64,000 nucleotides of DNA from Glycera tridactyla (Eukaryota): assembly GCA_965644265.1 (NCBI GenBank), contig OZ286463.1, positions 38,688,001 to 38,752,000 on the forward strand. Reading direction: 5' to 3'. This document shows, in pieces, positions 1 to 14,000 of the stretch. Within the stretch, counting starts at the first letter, position 1, and each line of letters begins with the position of its first letter. The notes below the pieces were generated by a model. It worked only from the letters and a program-made list of their open reading frames with translations, was not told where the DNA came from and ran no database searches. A program made the translations under genes and the position numbers.

Positions 1-977
1 CTTTTGTGTGTGACAGCCGAGAATATTTGGTACTCGAAATTGGCAATTCGTGATATTGATCAGCTATGTACCAGTTGCATTAGTAACATGTGAATAAGGG
101 GAAACTTAACTATTGCAGCAAACATGGCAAATGGTATACTGGCATTTTCTCGACGGGGTAATGTATGATACACTATGTCAGAAAGTATGGATGCTCCACC
201 AGATGTCTGTCATATCGAAACATGGCCGCCACACATTTTCCCAATCAATCGCTGATCGCGGGTACTCTGACGTGGAACTCACTGGTCAAAGTTAATCGCT
301 GTGAGTACAGTGAAAGTGCGCAATGGTGAGCCACCTTTGTACAGTAGTGTGGAAATTGTCAATATTAGACATGCTTCACAATAGGTCTGACGGGAATATC
401 GTTTTCAGATGAAATCCGACAGATGGGGCTACCATCAGCACGGCAAGTGTGTCCGCTAGAATCTGAGTTGACAGACTTCTTGATAGAGATTCTTGAGTAC
501 TATGTCATCCACAACCCATGCATACAAGCATACAATCTCAAGCATGGAGTGAATGAAATGATAGCGTCTATGCACACACAAACTGTAAAACGTGTTGTTC
601 TTAACAACAACTATTCGAGAATGGTCCATAAGCATGTGGTTGAATTCGATTGACTCAAGTTGGTTGGATCTTGGTTTGGCGTCGAATGACTACGCTGCTG
701 ACGTTGATACAGACTCCATGATTTGCCTCGGAAATTGGGTAGAGTGTAAAAAGACAATAGTGACGACATCTCATGTCCTACGGAGGCTAACACGACACTT
801 TTGTATCCATATCAAATTGAATAGAATGTAGAGCAAGTTGGGGGTTGAATGGGTGACATGAAAGTAAAATCATGGCTACATAGCGTACTGAGCATGGTCT
901 GTGTCTACATAATGTATCTAACACATTCGGACAGTTTTTTATCCAAGTAAATAACTGGGCATTCACGACCACGTTTT

Positions 978-1048
978 GACATACAGTAAGCATATATAGA
1001 ACATACAGGAAGCATATATCGAACATACAGAAAGCATATATCGAACAT
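978..1048. repeat. ~22-bp tandem repeat, ~3 copies
   Basis: GAACATACAG(G/A/T)AAGCATATATC units. Confidence 0.7.
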
Positions 1049-1564
1049 CACTGGCATGCCACACTCGACGGATACGCACGACGAAATTATCCTGCTACAT
1101 ATCGTTCTTGACTATAATTCGTGGGTTTATCAGTTCCGACATATTTTGTGAATATATTGATATTTACAATCTTTTTCCGATACGATTTGGTTAACTGGTT
1201 CGACAGCATGGATTAAACTGAGGGATAGAGCATGCCATGTTTTCCTGATCTATGGGAGCTGCATGCTCTGTCGCCTACAGGCATCACTCAAAACTCCAAA
1301 CACATTATAATGGAAAACCAGAGGAGTAGAACTTATGAGCGGAATTGTGTAGCAATTTTCTTCTAACTTCGTTGGCTATGACTGCCAAACTCATCTAAGA
1401 TGGTGGAACATGCATGATGAATTATCTCATCCCATGACATCAATTCCAGGATATTACGATGTAAACATTGTTTCAATCCTTCAACACTGGGATAATTCAT
1501 ACAAACTGGGACCTTAATGCTGATTGAGTTGGTCCGGGTTTCTCCGACGGTGAATAATCTTATT

Positions 1565-2040
1565 TTACTTGATTATTGCTTCCTCCACATTGATACGAAG
1601 GTCGTCGTCTTCGTTGTCACCAACAGGCATGACAGTGATTTCGCCGAAGGCGCTGATGGATCGTCGGAGTGTGCTGGGACTCAAGGTAGGACGCCCTCCA
1701 GCCTGGTTCGAGCCCAGCACGGAGATTCGGCGCTCTCCGCGATGATCGACGTTCGGGTTTTGGAAAGAGGACAACTTGCGGGCGGTGTTGACAGCGGACA
1801 AGCGCTTCTCGTTACTAAGGCGACGGTTATGAAAGTCGTCCAGTAGATGGGGCGTGCTCTTCCTCGGCTGCCCATAGCGCCCTCCAGTGGAATAACTGTG
1901 AACGCCTGATGATGATTCGACACCCCTATCCTCGTTGTCGAGCAGGGAGCTTTCGATGCTGTGTACCTCCTCATCATTTAGGCTACTCACCCGGGGCAGG
2001 TCATCCAAGCTGTACATCTCGGCACCGGAGTCTGTGTCAC
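1565..2040 (-). CDS. Terminal coding exon, cytoplasmic tail
   Basis: Acceptor ttggttacag|GT GAC (phase 1, matches upstream exon); open frame GDTDSGAEMYSLDDLPRV...RINVEEAIIK to TAA at 1565-1567. Confidence 0.8.
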
Positions 2041-5000
2041 CTGTAACCAAAGTCATCTATGTCTAACACGTTATACCCATGTATGTGCCGGCAATCTTAT
2101 GAGGCTGATAAGGGGGTGTCATATGAGATTCAGCATCCGATAACAGCGTGCATCATTACCCAGATCTGATGGATATGTGCTTCCCCTACACGAGGCACCT
2201 TTTGCAACCTCTGAGCTTCGCCGCTCAACTCCGCCCTTGACGGTGCTAGTAAAGCTTAGTCCATGCAGATGTTCCTGCGATTTTGGCTGTACATTATGCA
2301 GGGAAATGAGGAAGGCTGGAGCTTGTAGAGACCTGCCAACTGTTTTTCTTAACTAAATCACGTAATATATGCGAAAATAGTTGATTACCTGTTGACTACC
2401 TGGAATTTCACCTACAGTTGAACCTGCTATAAAGGGCACCTGTATTAAGCAACCACCTACCTTACGCAACCACTTCTGAAAATCCCTCCAGAGTATTTCT
2501 CACTATAATTAAGCTGTAGTAGACAACCACCTGTCTTAAGCAACCACTTTTCATTGTCCCAAGGGTGGTCGCTGGATACAGGTTTGACTGTAATTGAAGT
2601 GTTATCAAATGGTTCTGTTTCTCAGAAATTTAGGGGAAAACTATTGATTCGACTTATAAGCTTGCATGTTGTTCAGAAAAATCTGTATATTTACTGTTTT
2701 GTTTCTGGTATAATGTTCTTTGTATTGCTTTTTTCTGCTCGTCTAGGGACGATGTGATCCTCGGACTTCCCTGAGATGTGCAAAATAAAACTTTCAAACT
2801 TGAAACTTTAAGAAACCATACTAGGAATGTTCCTGTCCTATTCATATTTTTGATTGTAGTATATCACATCGGCAAAATGTCCATACCCTATATTTAGGCT
2901 GACAAGCGCCCTATGTGGTTTTTCAAATATAAGAGACATAGTTACCTTCCATGATGTGATGGTGTAGCTCGGTGTGTTTCTTTTCGATGTTGGTGCTGTA
3001 GATAGCATTGACGTGGTTGTTGTGCAGGTGATGTGTGCTGCTTGTCAGCTGGCTGTTCAGGTTCGTGCTCGATTTGTTCAACTCGGACGACGTCGATTCG
3101 TTGTCGACCAGGCGTTTGTTGTAATTGTCCTCCTCAGCTCGCAAACGATGATGTCTGAAAGAAAGGGATAGTCATTTGGAGGGAGATATCATCTATTTCA
3201 GATCTATGGGAGCTGATTCATCTGTACCCTACTTCTGTCCCAAACCCTGGAGACAATTTGATGGAGAGCCAAAAGTTGGTCCAATGGCAGTGACGTTCAA
3301 TTTGAACATGTTTTCACCAAAAATATGCAAGGCATGTCCATATAATTGACTACAACCTGCCAGTCAAGTGGGGAATCAACTCATTCAAACTCAGCATTGA
3401 ATTCGATCAGACTCAAAGAGTGTCATTGGCTTACAAAACATTTCTCATATGTTAGCCAGAGCTCATAATCAAGGCTGTGTGGCTTTCATCGTCCATGTCC
3501 AGCTTTTTATCAAGATCAAATCCAATTCACTGGACCTATGAAGGGAAAAAATTCAGAAGAGATAATAGTATTCGGGAATTACTATTACAAGATATTGACA
3601 CGTATGGCTGCAAACTGGTTGTACGCAATAGAAGAGACATATCCCAGGATGAGGATCACAGTTGGTGGGAACGAATCACTCATCGATTGACTTTGTTTAC
3701 TGTGATTTGTAGTGTTTGCATGAAGTCCGAGCTCAGTTGCTAGTTTCTAAATGGTGACTTTCAATGTTCACGATCAGTCTCGTTCTTACCTTCTCAGCCA
3801 GTAGCAGCAGCAGCAGAGTAGCAGACAGAGTAGAAGTAAGAGAGCCAATACAGCTACGATAATCAGTATGATCACTGAAACAGACAACAACAGCATCCGT
3901 AGAATGCAGATAGAACTACACATTACAAGGGGACATGCATGATTTCATGACACATAGATATGTACCTATATCTCACAGGTCACCATCTAATGATGAATGC
4001 CGGCTAGTAAGCTGGGATTTTGCACACTGAGGAGTTGCTTTCGGGAACTTCAGAATTGATGACAATACAATCGGAATGTAGAACAAAATATATCAGGGGA
4101 GCATTTGTGATTGACACAAATGTTATTAGGGTGTTGGACTAGGTGCCACTATCATCTATAAAGCTACGATGCCTGGAGCGTTTGGTGGTAACTGGGCACA
4201 GATGCAGGTAATGTAGGGCATGTAGGTAAATTAGTGGAGTTTGTTGGGGTGACCGAGACTAATATGGTGCATTAGTTCAGCTCCGGGGTTTTAAAGTAAC
4301 CCAAGACAGCGCACATTGCAGGCAATTGTATTTGAGCCCATGCGTGATGCTGTTGGATTCATTGATGATGACAGACGACAACGATGAAGACGACAGCAAC
4401 GTCGGCAACTACAATGACGATGACGACGAAGGCGAGGACGAAGGCGATGAAGCTCCCTGGTCCAGAGAAGCTTCGAAACGTCCGCTCAACCTATATTTCT
4501 TTATTTATGCTTACATAGAACTGGATCTCTTTCGAAGATATGTTTCTCGGTGTAGTGTGTATTGCCACCAGCAATGAGGACGTCCGCTGAAACAGATACA
4601 TGGATTGATGAGTATATTTTTCATTCCCGAAGACCACCAACACATCTGTACCACTAGCAATCGGCTTGCTTCAGGACATTGAGGGCCATCTCTCTATCAT
4701 GCACATTCGGCTATCCATCTGATGGTGACGTTAACCACCTATCCTGCTTCTGTTCTTCCAATATTATCAATGTTACTGACATCATCACCACCACTATGGT
4801 CACCATCATTACCATCGCAATCACCACCACCACCACCACCACCGCCACCACCACCACCACCACCAGCATGAATGACCCCAGTGACTACTTGCATGTCTAG
4901 TGAACACACCTCAGCAAGCACATTCTAAATTATCATTCATACAGTCACCACTTCAATCATCACCCGATTCAGTCTGCAACCACCGACAGATATTGCCAAA

Positions 5001-8000
5001 CCAAGCTATCACCACCAAATCTACAACTAGAAAATACTCTCACCACACCAACCTGCAACCGTCGAACCCACAAATACAGAATGATCAATCCAAATATTCT
5101 CAGCACACCAACCGAATATAATCAGACCCACCACAACCAAATTATCTAACCGAATGATCTAAGCACACCAACCCACTTTAATCAGATCCAGTACTATAGG
5201 AAAAGCTTGCCGAATGATTTCAACAAACCAAGCCACTTCATCAAACCCAGCACGATAGAATGAGTTTGCATAATAATCTCAGCATATCAACCCACCATCA
5301 TCAAATCCACCAGTACTAGAAATTCCAGCCAATTCTCATACCACATCAACTGGCGACCATCATACCCACCACTGCCAATTACCCTAGCCAAATGACCTCA
5401 GCACACTGAACCATCTTCTACAAACCTACCTCTGACAAATGACCTTGTCGATTCCCACCCCACTAACTAACCACCATCATACCCACCACTGCCAAATAAT
5501 CACACCAACCCATCACCACCACACCCACCACTTTAACTCAACCTCGACAAATACTCCGCATACCACACCAACCCACCATCGCCATACCAACCATTACCGT
5601 CTAGCTTATTACATCGACCTATCACCACCAAACCTGCCACCATTAGATAGTCTTGCCAAATACCTTCACCACACAGACTCGTCGCCATCAAACCCATCAA
5701 CATATCTGTGAAATAGCTCATCAGATTTTGCCGATGTTCTTACCACATGCTTTGATGTCATCATTGAATCCATTTCGACACATACAGCGGCCCTGAATGC
5801 AGGCGGCATTCGGGTCCAGGCACACATCTCCTGAGCGACACACCTTGTTCAGAGCTATCATCGGATCTATACATAGAGATAGAGACAGGAGTGAAACAAG
5901 GTGTATCTTTATCAACAATAAGGGGAGAGGGGCGGGTGATGACAGCTAAGGAGGGGCAATCATCCGGTGTGACTTTCAATAGCTATTGTTATAATTCTGT
6001 ACCGCATCTCTGGAATCTTCATGATGTTTTAAAGTACTCACTTCGAGAAATTTGAGCATTTTCGTCACCTGGACGTAGGATTTGACTTGACAGCTGACAC
6101 TCGAATCCATACCTGATAAGTTTGTCTGCGAGTGTGTGTGAATGAGTGATTGTGGGAAGGGGTGATTGCGCGAGCAAATAAGTGGTAGAGCAAACAGGTT
6201 AGTAAGTGATGAGTGAGCGGGAGAGAAGTCGAGAGAGGGTGATTGCGTGACAGAGTGAGCGATCACTTACAGCAGGATCCGTCGCGACTGAAGAAGTCAT
6301 CAATGCAGATACAGATGTTGTTGACACATGATGTATGTTGTGCGATACAGGTGAAATCTGGTTTACATGCAGCATCCAGGCTACCCTCCGTCACCACGGC
6401 TACTACAACATACATTTGAAACACTCTTTCTGAATTGATGTCATTTCACTTTAGATATATTTCGATCCTTTCCGGATATTCCCCATCAACAATTCATGAA
6501 GTAAGAATTTCATGCTGCTTCGGGATTCCCAGAAGCATATGGCTGTGTTTTCATAAAAAGACAGAAACTTGAGACAATTTTGAAAGAATTTAGAAAGAGC
6601 TTACACAGTCTTTCAAACATCATTTCACACATATTTTGGAGTACCCACATTTGAAGTCTGCAGGAAGCATGATTTCGGTATGATTGAGTGAAGGCAACTG
6701 ATGTGAAGGGCCGCTGCATTTGTGAAGTGATGGTGAATATAGAGTGTTCAAAACCTACAATCAACTCTGTGTTCTTGGTTGTATACACGTCGGGCGTCTG
6801 AAAGCCACAAGCCTTACTAGGCATACGGATAAATCTTATAAAACTGGGTAGATGATTGGGTTATGAACAGATAGGTGTGGGGTTACTTACAGCAGGAGTC
6901 GCCTATGAAGGTGAATCCCGTGAAGCAGCCGCAGTAGCCCGCGATACAAGCCCCATGACTGTAACTACACTCCAGCGAGCTGCCACACGGCACCCCGAAC
7001 AACGTCGTTATCGACGTCGACACTGAAACATGAAACGTCAGCTTTAAAGACTATGCAATGTCATTTATGTAAGTGCATGTTGCACCCTGATCTGCCATCC
7101 CCAATGCGAACTTATCTCCATCCTGAAATATTCATGCCCCTAGTACAGGTTCCAACTGTCAGATGTATGACAAGGAGAAGTATGATACTCCATTCCAGGC
7201 CGTTCTACAGAGCTGACAAGATCATGCCAGACATTCAGATTTGGCTTTCAGTCCAATGCCCGTATGCAATCAGGCTGCCAACGTGAAAAATACAGGATAG
7301 AGAAGTGAGCTTCTTATCTCCACATAATGACAGTACTGCACCCAAATAGTATTCCCACTTGAACATCCACAAGTTCGAGCATGGAACTAGTGTTGGTGAA
7401 CGTATGCAGCATGAACAAACACAAATTGAAATGCAGAATGACATTTACACACACGGAATGGAATAGGTCTCTCTTTATATATATATATCTATCCATCTAA
7501 TCATCTATCAATCAATTTCTTTCACTTTTGTGGGTTTTTCTAACGAGCAAGTCGAGACAGGGTGATGTTGACTGGGTACTGTCCTGTCACCTGATGCCAA
7601 TAAAGGCTACTTACGACAGAGTCCGTTCTTTTCGCGATAGCCCTTCCTACACGTGCACGTATTGTTAACACACCAGGTGGACAGCGGGGATTCACATATC
7701 CCATCACCGTAACACGCCATACCCACCAGGCCAGCCTGCGCTGTAATACAAACCAACCAACAACTCAAATAAGACTGCTGCGACTCTTGATTAAGTCCGA
7801 AATGACCATTCTGGCAGTTCTGCTTTCCACGTACAAAAACCGACACGTACATGTTGGTCAAAGAAGTGGCGTCAGGAGACTAGATAAATGTGTAGGAGTG
7901 CAGGACATCTAGTCTGCTAGTCATTTAGTCAAGCTACCAGACATCAGTCGAGTCAATCGAGTTTTCGTCGATTGCGATTGAGTAGACAACACTCTCTCCC

Positions 8001-11000
8001 CATACATGTGTATGATATAGAAGTGTACAAGTATGAGTGAGAATATATGAGGGCCATTGCATCAGTAGTAAGGCTCATCGAGATAATTATGTGGGTGCTA
8101 TTGGTTCAGTAGAAATTCTGACAGTGGTTTAGTTCTAATGGGGGATGATTGTGCTTTGTTGGTCCTTAAAAGAGAGAATCAGTTTCCACCTAAAAGAGTG
8201 AGGTGCGGTCTAGAAGCTGCGATCACGCTCGATAGTTCGAGAACTTGAGAGCTGTCGCAAACTTGCAAATATCTTGAAATGTTCAGCAGTAGCAACAACA
8301 CTGCTGCTGCTGCCATCATCGCCGCCGTCGTCGGCGCGATTTCGTTGCTCTCATCATCGTCGGCGTCACCGCCGGCTGTCGTTCTTTTTGACATAGCCAT
8401 TGTCGCCGCCGTTGCCGTCGTCGTTATCATCATCGCCGTCGCCGTCATCATCGTCGTCTCCGTTACTATCAACATCCAAGTCAATGTGCTCTCCTTGGTT
8501 TGTATATACAGTCGAACCTCCTCTAAGGCCCCCTCTTCATGAAGAACACCTCTCTATAAAGGCTACCCTGAGCTGCGACCACGGTAGTATTTTCAACAGT
8601 AAAATGCTTCTCTATGAAGACCACATCCCTATGAGACCACTTTTTGACATGCGACCAAAGGCAGTCATTATAGAGAGGTTCGACTGTATGTGCGTATATA
8701 CTTACAACATTTGCCATTGACGATGCGGAAATCTCCATTACACTGACAATAACCAGCACGACAAGTCCCGTACCTATCCGCACAAACGTCCGATACACCA
8801 CAAGCCATGCCTATCGGAATCTTCTGGACTAAATGCAACAGAGGAAACGCATGAAACATCACATGATCACCGAGAAAACAGGGGAGCAGTGATTCATTGA
8901 TACTTAATCAAGTTATCTTTATGACATCAAGACGTTCGAATATCATAGCTGAAGGCGTGATACCTTTAAGGTATCTGTCCATCCGCACACACTCCACACA
9001 CTCATGTATGCGCATGCATACACATACACACATACTCACAGCATTGTCCATGTTTCTCAAAGAATCCCAGGGCGCATTGACAGACGTTGTTCTGGCAGAG
9101 GGCATTGTCATCGGCACACTGATCTCCGACCGAGCAAGAATCCCCAAGAGACAGCATCTCCACTGAAATCACAAGAAACCAGCGCCCATGTAAGTTGTGT
9201 CTCTGTTAATGTTCTTGTGGACTCGGGTAGTTGAGTAATGACCCGTAATCTCTGAGGATAAGATAAGATAAGATAAGACATCTTTATTTTAAAACGATAT
9301 AAACAGTTAGCCGCCAGACAGAGACAGAGTAAAACACAGTATACCCACCACATCTATTATCCCTCTCGAAATATCCCGTCATGCAGCGGCAGGTTCCGGT
9401 AGTACAGATGGCACCATTGTCGAGACAGACGTCATCATCCACGCAGGCAGCATGCAGAGCGATCTTAGCCTCTGAAATGAGTTCGTCAAAGAACGCATGA
9501 AAGACTCGGCCGAACCGTGACAACTGCACAGTGTTTAACTAGTATCATGTATACCATGTATACATGGGTTAGTGTGTCAACAACTACATATCGCAGTAAA
9601 AAGATGCTATGTACATGTATTACTGGCATATGTCAACTTCACCTGGGATTATAGGAAGCTCATTGGCTTATCTCAGTCGTATTCGGCTTTGAGTGAGTGA
9701 GTGAGTGAGTGAGTGAGTGAGTGAGTGAGTGCGTGACTGACTGACTGACTGACTGACTGACTGACTGACTGAGAGACTGAGAGAGTGAATGAGCTGGTGG
9801 TGATAGAACATCAACTTTCATGTGCATTCAAACTTGACAATGATCGCATATATAACCAAGAGCAACACGAGTATGCATTCAACCACACTTGGATAATACT
9901 GATACTCAGATAGGAGGGGAATGTAAAACATAACTCACTGCATGTTCCTCCCATGTCGAAATAGTCATTAGCACACACACAAACACGGGTACGTGCGCAC
10001 ATCAAGAAGTCACGTGAACAAAGACCGTTATGAGAACAGGGTCCGTACAGTTGTCCAACTAAATTATCAGGCTGGTTGGCATCTGAAAACAAGACAAGCC
10101 AACTTACCACCATACACTTGATGGGTTAAACCCCAAAACAACTTATGGGCTAGATACCCAACGAGTGTGTGCTTCAAATCACTGAATACCTTCTGTGGGC
10201 CAGAGCATCGACCATATCATCTATATCATCACCCAGACAGCGTTTCAGAATGCAGCCTCATATTCACGGAAATATTCTCCAAATGTATTTAGTCGCACAA
10301 GAGGCTCGAAATATCATTTATACAGTGTCATCAGAACGTGGGATTACAAAACAGGTGGTCTGAGGGAGGGGAGAGGGGGAGTCTTTGGATACGCCAAAAA
10401 ACGCTTGCAAATGATGGTCTCTTAGAAGAGGGGACTCGTCAGGGCGTCCCTCATCGCAGGTTCCACCATACCTATTTCTGAAGAATATCAGAGAGAGCAC
10501 CAGAAATATCAATATCGACTATATACATGGTATATGTATAAGTTGGTAGCGCACCATTGCCCTTGATATTGGTTGCTTGGTTGAATAGTTGGTCGCTGGA
10601 GGTGACCAGCCTGTATCAAGCCAGCGGATCATACGTGTCATGTGCTCCATTAGCGCTAAATTCCCTGTCATCTACCAAGATGTCCCCAACCGAGCATGAC
10701 ACATGATGATTGATGAGGAGCTAAAATGGCTTTCCCAAAGCTACGTTCTTTCGAGCGATCGCAGGACCGGCAGTTGAAGGGAAATGGTGTTGGACTATCC
10801 AGCAAGCTGGGTCACTGGGTATGAATACCTAATACTCACAGCAGATGGCGTTCTGCTCTCTATATCCTGGCGTGCAGCGACATCTTCCGGTGAGACAAGC
10901 AGAATTCTGTTCTATACATTCATCGTGCGGGCCACATGACTCTCCCAGTGACAAAGCCATGACTACATAAAAACATACACACAAATACATGAATGAATGT

Positions 11001-14000
11001 TAGTCGAAATGGGACTACCATTGAGAATATCCACTAGTGATAATCATGCGGAACTGCGTATTACAACAGAATGAAACTGCAGACTTGCCCTTCTATTACT
11101 TTGTAATGCCCAGTCATGCATGGGACCTTAGCTCACCCCGTAGCGTCGCTCAGTTGCAAAAAGTGAGCACAGTTCTAGATCAAATTCCCAAGTTCATAGA
11201 TCGATACAGATTGCAAACTTTACTGACGAATACATTCAGGGAAGGTCATGACATCTACAACTCTATATGTAGGACAGCTCTGTCTGCATTGAAATATGAT
11301 CGGAACTAGAGACGAAGATTCTGTCATTTTGATACAAAAATCACATGATAGCAAGACCAAAACATGCGAAGTCGCTGAAGAATAATGACCCGTAGAGTCA
11401 ACACATTCAATCTCTTTCATGTTCGGGTCGACAATTACATCAATGAAGGATATGACTACGTAACATGGTATGTCGAGGAGTTCACTAGCACGCATTTCAT
11501 ATAATATATTTGTTTGATAGGAACACTTACAATGCAGTGCGTCTGTCACCTTGTACGGCTTGCGTCAAGTCATATATCAAGCCTTAGTTCATGCAAGTAA
11601 AAAATCATACCAGCAAAAGATCTGATGAAATATGTGGTGCAGAGTCGCAATATTTGATCCTGACCTCGCGAATTTCTCTTCAATCCCATGACCGGTCACC
11701 TATACGTGTAAGGTTCCTTACTGTAGGAAGAATAGTCAGTATATGAGTGTGACGGTAGAGAGAATGTTATGATACTGTTTGTGTTGAGGCAGATACTGAC
11801 CACAGCTTCCATACATGTTGACGTAGCCCGCCACACAGTGACACTGTCCATCAATACAAGCCGCATGCTCCCCCTGGCAGATGTCATCGAAACTACAAGC
11901 TGTACCCAACGTCAAAAATGGAACTGCAAAACATTAAATCAACATTCGTCATTTCCCTGACCATTCTATATATCGTACGTGAATTGTCGGTAATAGGGAC
12001 AGATAGATGAACCCGTCTCAATATAATACACATGTGCACGAACACCAACACTGCACTACACAAACACACACACATACACACATCATCGCCACCACCACAA
12101 TATGAAAATGAGTGAGTCAATCAGAAGTTGTTCGTTTGGTTGTCTGTTTGTTCGTTTATCGGTTCGTTTATTGTCGGCATGAGCGTTTCTACAGGTTCTC
12201 GGTGATAGCAAGCAGTCAAATATTGACGAAGGGAACCAGCCAGTGACAATCCCCTACTCCACACAAAATTCCAGAAAGGTTTCTTTTGTGTGTATATGGT
12301 AACAAACACAAGAACAGCTGGTCTGCCTTTGACGCATAATTGTAAGTGTTCAGGAGTCGACTAGTAGACAGTGGTTGAAGGTTGCATATTCAGTAACATC
12401 ACAGAAGAATGCGGATATGGGGAGAATCTCCGGCACTTGGAGACTTCACCAATATCAAGGACCTCACAACTTACCACAGAGATTGAGTTTATGGAAGTGT
12501 CCAGAGGCACAGAGACAGAAGCCATTATAACAGCGTGAGTTGAAAGGCAAACACTGGGTACCGTGTAAACACGGTGTATCAATCATCCCCATAGCAACTG
12601 AAAACAAAATGAGAACATGGCGTCTAGATTGTATGAATGTCTCGAATGGGCACAGATACCACTGTTTGCTACCAGATTTTTTACAATACATCTCCATCGA
12701 TAAGGATTTCATCCATGTCGGGCATGGTAGTCAACATAAAATCAAGAATCTCAAGAATCTGAAGATACCAATGAAATCGCAATCAAATGGGCTATTGATG
12801 TGGGTATAATTCTACGTTGTTATGATCAAACTCCTCACATTAAGTGCATATATCAAAACACGAAGCTATGGCGACTGATTGACGTCACCATGACTGGATT
12901 TTCAAGATGGCGGCTTCCAGGAATACGGAATGCGTGAGGGGAATATCACCGTTTACTCACCACATTTGCGTCGATTTTCGTAGAATCCGTCCTGACAGAC
13001 ACAGACTCCATTTCTGCAGACCCCATTAATATCCAGACACTGGTCCCCGGCACTGCACGCCTGATTCAGTGGGACACGAGCCGCTAAAACAGGCAAAATG
13101 TCATGGCGGACAGTCTGCTACAATTTGGGTCGAGCAGTCAGGCGTCCTTTAATGAAGGATGTTTCTACAACGACGCACGACTGCTAGAAAACTCTATAAA
13201 GGTTTTAGTACGAGAATTCTTGAAGACTGATATCAAAACATGAAGAATAGAAGAAAAAAAATGTCAAGCTCAAACTATGGAGGACCTCGAAGGTTCTCCT
13301 CAAACATTACCGAAACTGGTAGAATCACCTGGTATAATTGCCAAAGAACCGGGTTAGCACACACACTCTACATATACTGGAAATATTAGTTGCCTAAAGT
13401 TGGCCTATCTTACCACATCGGTCAGCGCGTGAGAAGTAATCATGAGGACAGACACATTTGCCTCCGAGACAGACAGAGTTAGGTGCCGTGCAGCGATTAC
13501 CGGGAATACAGGGTGCAGCCAGTGTTCCAGGCGACGCAATCGAAACTGAAACAAAAAGCAATGTGAGTTGGGGGCAGCGAAACTTATATTTGATAATGGG
13601 TGACGTGTACAGCAAAAGACAGACAGACAGTCGGGAAAAAAGGGCTGAAAGACAGGCAGACAGTCTTATCATTCATTATTTTATGACAACGAGATCTTTC
13701 TATAGCTCTCATCTACGATATCGACACTGTCTCTATACTGACTATAGTGACTACGATGGGAAAGTGTATCGCGATTTGACTTACTATTTACCTCGATAAA
13801 TACAGTTCATTTTGGGTGTTTGAGTTGGCAGACTTGTTGTAGTAGTTGTGGGATTTAGGTTGACTTACAGCACATGGTATCATGGACGATGAATCCGGAG
13901 TGACATCTACACTGGCCGCCATCACACTCAGCATTAGGATCCAGGCAGACACCAGCCTCTGTACACGTGTCATCTAACGCCACTTTACCAACTGACAGAC

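Noticed and set aside
1-1560. Short ORFs (113-1026) as a separate gene or transposon
   Set aside because: No recognisable motifs or splice-consistent structure; probably the 3' UTR/downstream region. No canonical minus-strand AATAAA was noticed.
1247-3215. Shared 15-mer GATCTATGGGAGCTG at 1247 and 3201
   Set aside because: Probably fragments of a dispersed repeat; too short to classify.
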